From assembly GCA_045837725.1 (NCBI GenBank), contig JBEWZL010000260.1:434001-498000 (forward strand): a DNA stretch of 64,000 nt, in the 5' to 3' direction. Source of the DNA: Vermamoeba vermiformis. Its lineage: Eukaryota. The number at the start of each line of letters is the position of its first letter. Positions within the stretch are counted from its first letter, which is position 1. The notes under the pieces were generated by a model. The model made no database searches. It was not told the DNA's origin and saw only the letters and a program-made list of their open reading frames with translations. A program made the position numbers and the translations under genes. This document shows positions 55,184-64,000 of the stretch, piece after piece.

Positions 55184-56631
55184 TTAATGTGTCAGCTCTT
55201 TAGGCAGCTCTTCAACTTTGTGTGCTTGAGCGATGTTCAAAGCAGCGAACGTCACGAGTGCAGAGTTAGAAACAGTGCGGTCCAGTGAAGCGTTGACCCA
55301 TTGCTTGGCGATGTCAATAGCTGACGGTGACAGCGGCAGTTTGTGTGACACGATCCAGCCACGTGCTTGAAGTGCCTCGCGGAGTTGAGGCTCAGTCAAC
55401 TTGGAGGGACCACCTTCCTCTTGTAGCAACTGCGAATGTACGTAAGTATTCGTTACAGCTCCGTGAACACGAGCAAATGTTGGTGACTTACTTTGTCATC
55501 TTGTCGCAGAGAATTCAAGTATTGGCCCAAATTCTTTCTGACACGCTTATCGGTCAATAAACTTGTTTGCAGACCAAAATATTGTGCAAAGATTTTGACA
55601 TCGTCAATGTCCATAGTACTGAAGTTGAGGCACTCTTCAAAGAACGGCAACACGGGCTTCAGATCCTCAAATGGAATGTATTCATTTCGTGTGGCCTTGA
55701 TAATGGGTTAGTTCATGAAGTCCTAGGACTTCTATCGCTCGAACGTACTCTGTCAATGAGATCAAGCATCGCTCCACTGTTCAGCAGCTGTTTCTTGTCC
55801 TGTTCCATCGCGGCGATTCTTTCCTCGATAATTTCAATTATGTCTTCTGACAATTGTCGACGCTCAACTGAAAATCTCTCTGCTTGAGCCAACTAAAACA
55901 ATATGAATAAATTGTCTTTAACCAGTTCTTAACTTACTTTCTGCTCTGTTGTCCAATAGGAATCCGGGAATAGGTTGGGATACTTTTTGACAATAAAGAC
56001 TACAAGAAGAGGGAATACATATGTTGATAATGGTAAACTAAGTAACAGCGCGTAAGGAACTAACAACTATCAGATCCGTCAGTTAAAACATGCGCGTGCG
56101 TCTAAATTTCTGCTGAATTACCTTAAAATTCCAAACAGCTTTGTCGACAAACAATGTCTGATCTCTCGTCAGCACCTTATTGTATCCTATTTGTTGAATG
56201 CGCTTCGCTTCTTTGTAGTTGCGCCAGATCTCCTTGGTTCCTTCCCAGTATCGCTTGCCCTCATTCAAGAGCCACTTTGCGCCGTCAATAATTTTGTTGG
56301 ATGACTTCTGGGTGGTCGTTGTATTAGTGTTGTCATTGCTATAGTGGCGTATTTGATGATAGCTCGTGACTGTCATGGCAGATCTGCGGTGAGTTCCCGA
56401 TACTTTGGTACCAAAAAATATGGAACACTTGGCAGACTTGTTATTCACTAACCTTGTAGCTGTTTAATGTATTCCCGAGGTTAGAAAATTATTTAAAAAT
56501 AGCTAGCCGAAGTTTTTGATCCAGTTGTTAATTTGCGTTTTAGATCTCACTACAAGACAACTGAATCGTGCCACAGACGTGATTTTACCTGATTTAACAT
56601 TGCGTGTAAGTAATATAATGCGTGTGGCCAT
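55184..56631 (-). CDS. LETM1/LETMD1-like mitochondrial inner-membrane protein
   Basis: Basic presequence; RYWEGTKEIWRNYK, LTRDQ, LLVPYALLLSLP..KYPNLFPDSY, LRQDDKLLQEEG..LTEPQLREALQARG. Confidence 0.85.
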
Positions 56632-57043
56632 TGTGACGAGTTGTGGTATCTCGGGTGTCGTTTGTTTTATTTTGATGACAGAATAAACTCACCAATTAAA
56701 AATACAACTCACTTAAAAAGGTAAGAATATGAGTTTACGGAGTATCAATAAATTTTCACACGGTTAAGTACAAAACGGATCTTTAGTAAACTTTAAGCTT
56801 GCCAGTCTTGGATTCTCTGTTCAGGATATGTATTGACACGAAAGAGAAATGTATGGTGTGCTAGAACCTTAGTCGGTCGCTAAATACAGAATTATTTTTT
56901 TGTTCTCCCGTCCCGTTTCTTTTGCTGTTTCGAAGTTCAGATTTCTCGCGGAATGTTCTGGCCACACTTAAAACGTGTCAGACGTTTATTTTACAAACAA
57001 ACCCAACAAGTGCACGAATATTACGTGACTTAAGCGAAGAGTA

Positions 57044-60000
57044 ATGTCTCGGCGGATTAAACTCGTCGACAAAAACGGAGGCTATGCTCTTCGCCTTCTT
57101 GAATTGGTCTGCGATGTTAAAATTAAAGGATTTTTATCAGGTATGATATTTATGACCATTAATATTTATAATAATAATAATTAGTTGGTTTCCTTGCTCA
57201 TACATAATTTAAAAACTGGCTGCAATTCCAAACTTGAATCCGATCGCTGAACTAATTCTATTTTGCAGAATGCACGACGATTCTTAAATTCCGCAACGAG
57301 CAAAATAGCGAGATCGTAGAAAGCGAGCTTAGTTTTCCATTAAATGAAGGTAAGAATGATTTCGGATGCGCATAAGCTTCAGTTTCATTGGTTTTTGTTA
57401 GTCGTTAACATCAGTTTAATATTTAGGTGCTACTATTTGTGGATATGCGGCTGATATCAATGGTGTCGTTGTGGATGCGGTTGTAGTCGAAAAACAAAAG
57501 GCACGCGAAGTTTTTGACAACGAAACAAAGAAATTCGAAAAGAAAAAGGCTGCTCTTGCTGAACAAGTAGTTGGCAACGTATTTTCAACATCAATTAATT
57601 GCACAGCTCCTTTAGCAGTCAGAACGATAAAACTCGTTTTTATTCAGCCACTGAAGTTCGACTCGAAGACGACAACTTACACTTACAAATTACCATTTCA
57701 ACTATCAGAACCAATTCCTCACTTTGGCTTAACTTCTACGGTCACTCTAGTCGAAGGTATTACTTCAAGCCGATTGATCATCAACAGTCCAACTGTCAGA
57801 CAAAATGTCAGCAATCTGCTCGACACTGCGGGTCATTTCCCGTTCCAAGCAATGGGTGATTATTACGCACTCAACTTCAACTTGAACGACGTTACATTTG
57901 ACGGTGAAGACCTCATGATTAGAACATCGTTCAATCCGCAAGTGAAGCACTTAGCTTTGGTAGAACAAATCAACAAAGAAGTGTTCTTCGCCGTGCATGA
58001 TTGGTCGAAGGTCAATCGAATCAGCAACAACACGACAAGTCAGCAGTCAGGAGCACCGAAGATAGCTGTGTATTGGCAGCGCTCATTTAACTTGCGCGAC
58101 GAGCCTAGCACAGGCAGACAAATAGAGTTATTAGGCAAGATACTGCAAGAAATGGCAAAACAAGCCATTACCAACTGTGACGTGATCACCTTCGGAGAGA
58201 CAGTAGACACGGCACTGGGACATTATGGAACAGACTACAACTCAACAACAACCCTGGCAACTGATCTCCGTAAATTACAATACGAAGGCGCACTCGATTT
58301 AGAGTCACTGTCGATGAGCTTGAAAGAACTCGTCGAGCACAACCCGAACACTTACCGTGCCGTCATTGTATTCACTGATGGCATCAACACCTTGGGCCCC
58401 ACGCACATTGCAGCGCCATCTCTTGGAGTTCCATTGCACATTATTAGCGGCCCTGAGAAGTGCAATCCTACATTGATGGGCAGTTGGTCAAAGAATAACG
58501 GGGGCAAGTTCGTCAACTTGAATGAGAACTCGAACAATGGTGATGTCATCAAGTTGGTTAGCTCAGGCAACAACCAAAATAAGTTCGGTCTGGTGTCAGC
58601 TGATGTTAATGTCACGGGCGATGCCTCAATTTATCCTCGACAGCTGGCAGATCTGACGGAAGACGGAGTATCCGTTTACGGCAGCTTCTCGACCGAAACT
58701 ATTTCCAAGAACGTACCATTGAAAGTGATGCTGAAATATGGCAAGGCCGGTGTTGCAGCTGAAGAGTCCGTAATTAAGTTAGCGCTCAAGTTGCCACAAC
58801 AAGACGGCGATAGTGCCATGAAAGACGTGGATGATGACGCTGGCCTACACTTTATTGGCAAGTACTGGGCGAACATGAGGATCAAGCACCTTGGCGAAGA
58901 GAAGAATAAAGATGAGCTAAAGGTAAGTAGCCTCAAGTTATTGTAATGTTTTAACATGATATTGACGTTAATTTTAGGACCAATTTGTTGCCCTTGGCAG
59001 AAGGTTCGGAATTGTCAGTGAGTACACATCGTATTTAATCTTGGAAAACCTCGAAGAGTACGTCAAGTATGAGATAGAGCCACCTCGTTCTCTACACACC
59101 GTTTGGCAACAGTATCAAGACATCATGATGGCACGCAAGCTTAGAGCAGACAAGCAACAAGATAACAAGCTGGCCATCGTCGAGTCGTTGTGGAATCGCA
59201 AAGTCAAGTGGTGGCAGAACGAGCACATCAAGAGCAAGACGGACGGATTGGTGTTGCACTTCTTGCCCTTGGAAGTCGAGGCCAAGGATTCATTCAACAA
59301 TCCATACTGGCAAGACTCAAAGACTCGGCCACTTGATTTAAGTGTCGAACAAGAGCTTACAGAGCTCGCGGCATTTGACAAAAAACTTTCGCTGAAGCGC
59401 AAAGATCCCGAGCCCTGGTCAGAGTTTGAAATCAGTCAAACCGAGACTTACGAGGCTGTGCGAAAGAAGCAAATGACACTCACAGATTGGGAAATCTCAA
59501 GAATTGTCCCTGCTGGAGGAATAAGACCCACACGCCGTTCGAGATCTCCCTCACCCATCTCATTCGTGACGCAAAGTTACGGCTCACGACTTGCCAGAAG
59601 ATCGAGAAGTCGCTCGCCGTCGCCTCGTGGATACCCTTCATACTCAAATCGAGATAGAAGAGATCGTGACCGCGACACAGAACGAGAAAGAGATCGTGAC
59701 CGCAGAAGATCTCGTTCACGAAGCAGATCACCTGTGCGTCACAGACGATCGAGAAGTCGTTCTATATCCCCTAGCAGATCTCGTTCGCGAAGTAGATCAC
59801 CTGTGCATCACAGACGAGCGAGAAGTCGTTCTTTATATCGCAAACGGTCAAGAAGAAGTCCTTCCCGCTCTCGAAGTGTCTCTCCAACTAGCCCGGCAAA
59901 TTCAGCTTCAAGCTCTTCGGACTCCAGCTCTAGTGGAAGTGCTTCGGAAGATGAAAGCGAAGTGAAGAAGTTTAAACGAACGGAATTTGGTAGCAGAGGA

Positions 60001-63000
60001 CGAGGTGGACGAGGAGCTTTTGGCGATCGCGGAGGCGGAGGACGAGGTGGCAGTCGAGGTGGCAGTCGAGGTGGCAGTCGAGGTGGCAGTCGAGGGGGTC
60101 GCGGTCGTGGCGGAGCAGTTTTTGACAGCGCTGATTGGAGCATGCGTCGTGGAGGAAAGACAGAAAGAAATGTGAAGAAGCACATATTATTTCCCGACGA
60201 CGACGAAGAAGGAGATGATGAACAAACGTTCAATGTTCCTACACGCACAACAAACATACATGGTGATGAAATAATAGTCACAACGACTTCTCCGTACGAG
60301 CAGGTTTACTTCGGCACGAGCTCGAACAACAGCAACAACAATAACTCTGCGGTCGGTGGAAAAGGCCTTGGCAAAGGTGGTGCCAGGAGGCACCGAAAAG
60401 TGCTTCGCGACAGTGACGCTGAATCGGACGAAGAGGAGACTGAGTCGATGGCCGTCCCTCGCGACTCTACAAGTGATTGGCGGATCCCTCCATGCCGTGT
60501 CCAACTGGAAGAATACAAAAGGCTTCGTCGTTCCACTCGAAAAGAGGCTCACATCCACTCCAATGAGTGGCGAAGGTGCCAATGCTCCGTTTGCCAAGCT
60601 TTCTGAGGCGCTTTATGTAGCAGAGCGATCAGCTCGTGAAGAAGGAGCGAAGAAGTCAAGGCCTCACGTAGCAAAATTATCAGCTATCGAAGAAGCGAGG
60701 AAGCCAAGCGTAGCCCCGGGGCTGATTGCAGCTCGTAGAACAGGCAACATACGACAAAGCAAGAAAAGAGATGACGATGAGAAAAGTGACAAAATATCGT
60801 TGGAGAACGGCGCAGTCAATACAGGAACCTCATTCGATGAACGGTATTCGCGATCGTTCGAAGGTGAGCGATGGGAACTTGAGCCTCTAAAAATCGTTTC
60901 GCCTCCTGAAGGAAGTATGACTCGCGCTACCCACACGCAGACTAGTTTGAAGCAATCACGTGACCGAGACAGAGCACGATCAGATCTGCCTGATCTTCTC
61001 GATTCGACTGCAGGTTTTATGGCTCCAATGCGACAGCAACAGCAGCAGCAAGGTCGAACATTTGGTGCTCAGCCACAAGTACAGCAGCAACTTCAACAAC
61101 AGCTCTTGCAACAGTTGCAGCAAAACACGTACGAAGAGATGCCTGTGCTCGACTCACCCGCCATGCCCAGCCCACAGTCAACGTCTGCTTCGTCAAGTAA
61201 GATCAAAATCAGCAATTTAATGCGCGTTTATGCACCAGATCACTCACCTTCTGCGGTGTACGCATTCTCCGCCCCACCACCCCTCGCTCCAATGCCTATG
61301 ACACCTGCCAGCCCTGTTCCTCCCACCACGTCAGTCCCCGAAAAAGTTCTTTCACCCAAAGAAGCCTTTCGAATGATGTCGCATAAGTTTCACGGAAAAA
61401 TAGGTGGTAAAGGAAAGGAAGCCAAGCCTGCCGCGGCTGCTAACCAGGCCCAACCAGAGCCAGAACCGATGATAACCGAGGATGAAGTTGAATTGCTTCA
61501 AGAGGCTCGTGGTCGTTTGGCGAACACAAAGCTTCAAAAGGCCAAGAGAAAGAAGCGCATAAATGCGTTGGAAGAGCAAAACAGATTGGTATCGTTGGCC
61601 AAAAGACGAGAAGCAGCACCGATCCTCATTGAAGCGGAGTCTTTAACGAGAGAGGCACAGTCACGTTGGGACGGAGAGACAGCGCATGGAGAGTCGAAAG
61701 AGGCACATTTTGAGAAGAAGAACTTCAATCACGAATTGAGGAAGATGACTCAAGACGCAAGCGTTCTTACCCCATAGAGCGAGGGGGAAGGAGACTCAGC
61801 ATGGCTGCAATGAGTTCTGAGACGGAACGTCTGGATAGGCTGAGGGCTGAGAAATCTTTGCTGCTGTCTAAACTTCGAGCTATGCGCCAAACTCCGACAT
61901 CGAATGTCACGTTCGGTGACCTCCATCAAGAAGAGCAGGAGGCCGAGAATGATGAGGATGACGAAGAGGATGACATGATGGAGATGGGTGAAGAGATTGA
62001 AGAGATTGACGAGGTTGAGGAGAATATTGCTGAGCACTTGTTGCCGCAAGTAGCCGAGATCGACCAGCAGTACTATTCAAGACTTTTACCAGAGATCTGT
62101 GACCTGCCATTGGTTAGCGAGGACCAGCAACAACACTTTTACCTCCAGAAGTTTGACGAGTCGAATGCCATCTTTGATCCTCGCTCGAGATCAATGCGCG
62201 AACCTATTGGCTACCTAGCTGGAATAGGCAGAGGGTAAGTACAGCTAGTCAGTAATGTATTACAACAAGCTCTAATTCATTGTACAGTGCTGTTGGCTTT
62301 ACAACACGCAGCGATCAAATCGGTCCTGTGAGCTGGACCTCAACTGAAGCACCAAAACAACCTGAGCCGAGCGATCTCTTGCTGACCGAGACTACGTATC
62401 ACAAGCGTGTCACAACGTCCGTTCACCGAGCGTACACGTTGTTGAAAGGCAGTGATTACGTGAAGATTTTGTTCCAGCTCCTCAAATCGTCCTCGCGCCA
62501 TGCAATGTTCTTGACCGAGCTGAGACAGCAAACAGATCACGTGACATTCTGCTTTGTTGCAGGCACACTGTTCATCACGCAGGGTCAATACAAAGAAGCA
62601 TTGCGCGCACTCACCAGCGCTGTGGCATCTGTCACCGATGATCCCAAGCTTTGGCGCGCATTGGCTTTTAGACTCGAAGAGTTTGCGCACTTCAAACCAC
62701 ACCGCAGTCTCGGTGCGACTAGCGCTCTGAAGACATATCAACAAATTGCTGCCCGCTTGTCGCGTGGTTTGTGGCGCAGACTAGTTGAAGCACGTGCAAA
62801 TGAGCCTCACGGATACCGCAACTTGGCACTGGCACTCATCGACCAGTTCAATCAGGATCCACAGGGCAACGAGTACGTGGTTGATGAGGCCGTGAAACAT
62901 CTCACCAAGATCACTGCGCACGAGTGGAGCGATAGATTTGCAGCGATGCAAATTGAAGTGAATGCACTCGAAGAATTGAATGCGCTCGTCAATGCCACGC

Positions 63001-63508
63001 ACTTCACTCAAAAGGGTCTGGTCAACGCACAACAATGGAGATTGAAGGCTTTGGAACTGAATCCGAGACTGGCTCCGTTGCTCGCTCAAGCACTGCCCTG
63101 CGATTTACGGTAAGTACACTTTAATCTTTTTATTCGAATCATAGCTAACTCGTTCACAGTGTCACAATTGAATGGGACCGAGAAGAAGCAAACGTCGAGT
63201 TACACGTCACCGAGCCCTCGAATGAAGTGTGCTGCCCCATGAACAACAGCACGTCAAGCGGTGCCATGCTCAGTGTGGACTGCACGGGCCTTGGACCAGT
63301 CACATACATGCTGCGTCAGGCAGTCAGTGGCGAGTACACTGTCGCTGTCAAGTTATTCCACGCGATGGACCTCTCACGCCCTGTGCACGTGCGTGTGAAG
63401 ATTCAATGCTTCTTTGCGACACCTCACCTTGAAGTGACTGAAGTGCACACTGTTGCACTCTTCAAGAACAAACAACAGGCCACTGTGTCGCGCATAACAT
63501 TTCATTAA
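57044..63508 (+). CDS. VIT + vWA-like + TPR + DUF2135 protein with a large internal motif mosaic (frameshifts near 60496 and 61670-61740)
   Basis: VIT: ESELSFPLNEGATICGYAADINGVVVDAVVVEKQKAREVFD. vWA-like: VIVFTDGINT. Family motif TSYLILENLEEYVKYEIEPP..WW. TPR-like: ALRALTS, EPHGYRNLALAL. DUF2135: WDREEANVELHVTEPSNEVC..GAMLSVDCTGLGPVTYMLRQAVSGEYTVAVK. About six exons. Confidence 0.85.
60046..60096 (+). repeat. 12-bp tandem repeat GGTGGCAGTCGA encoding (GGSR)n
   Basis: Four near-perfect copies inside the RGG tract. Confidence 0.85.
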
Positions 63509-63575
63509 TTAGCTATTGGTTTGTTTGTAAATAAATTTTATTGACCTGAGAAACAAGTGTTTTGTTGCTCATGTT

Positions 63576-64000
63576 TTAAGCGTCTTCAAGCAAAGGGTCT
63601 TCAGCATCAACAGACAGCTCTTGGGCCAGTTGATTAGCTTCATCTTCAACAGTGTTTACAATGGGGGTTGGTGCAGGGGTAGGGGGAGAGGCCTTTTCAA
63701 CGACGGGTGATGGCACAGGTGAGGCAACGGGTGAGGGGGAAGAGGTCGGACCACCACTCGAAGCCAAGCTTTGAATCTCTTGAATCAAATCACGGTCCAA
63801 ATCATTAGCGAACTTGCTGTATTCGCTGGCCGCGTGATCGGCGAATCGGTCTCGTCGGAAGTATTCTTGTGCTTGCACGGCAAACTTGATGTCAGGGAAC
63901 AAGTTCTCGTACTCCGCGGGGTCAGCCAACGAATCAGCTTGACGAGGATTGCCACGAGCACGAACATCTTCACGCCACAATTTGACGAGCTCACTGACGC
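63576..64000 (-). CDS. COPB2: Coatomer beta' subunit, 3' end (partial)
   Basis: VSELVKLWREDV..ADSLADPAEYENLFPD matches the conserved beta'-COP C-terminal region, followed by a Pro/acidic tail. Confidence 0.88.
   Translation of the reverse strand, partial: VSELVKLWREDVRARGNPRQADSLADPAEYENLFPDIKFAVQAQEYFRRDRFADHAASEYSKFANDLDRDLIQEIQSLASSGGPTSSPSPVASPVPSPVVEKASPPTPAPTPIVNTVEDEANQLAQELSVDAEDPLLEDA

Noticed and set aside
59640-59880. Repeated DNA units resembling a CRISPR-like or satellite array
   Set aside because: Explained by RS/RD codon repeats within the coding exon; there is no constant repeat-spacer periodicity.

Overview
Compact, intron-rich eukaryotic genomic DNA with short GT-AG introns. 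A Dictyostelium-type snRNA upstream element and the gene content suggest an amoebozoan or similar protist. About 30 genes are supported. Housekeeping genes: LST8, CSL4, TatD, ORC6, GST, MED14, SURF1, polyubiquitin, LETM1-like, COPB2 3' end. There is also a five-member family of signal peptide + PA-domain + 7TM receptors, several F-box/LRR/ankyrin/TPR genes, two bacterial-like genes (VOC/glyoxalase, DUF3990-like ART fold) and a U12 minor-spliceosome snRNA. The most unusual element is a VIT-vWA-TPR-DUF2135 gene (57044-63508). Its ~3 kb fourth exon is a string of short motifs resembling the conserved cores of unrelated nuclear proteins: histone H4 tail, SNW1/Prp45, CDC5L, DHX8/Prp22, PRPF3, SART1/Snu66, SLU7, plus RS and RGG tracts. 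This looks like an integrated decoy or bait array. Several genes carry single-base frameshifts and there are low-complexity junk tracts, so the assembly is probably noisy. Exon boundaries were read by eye and are approximate; family assignments come from recalled motifs, not database searches.
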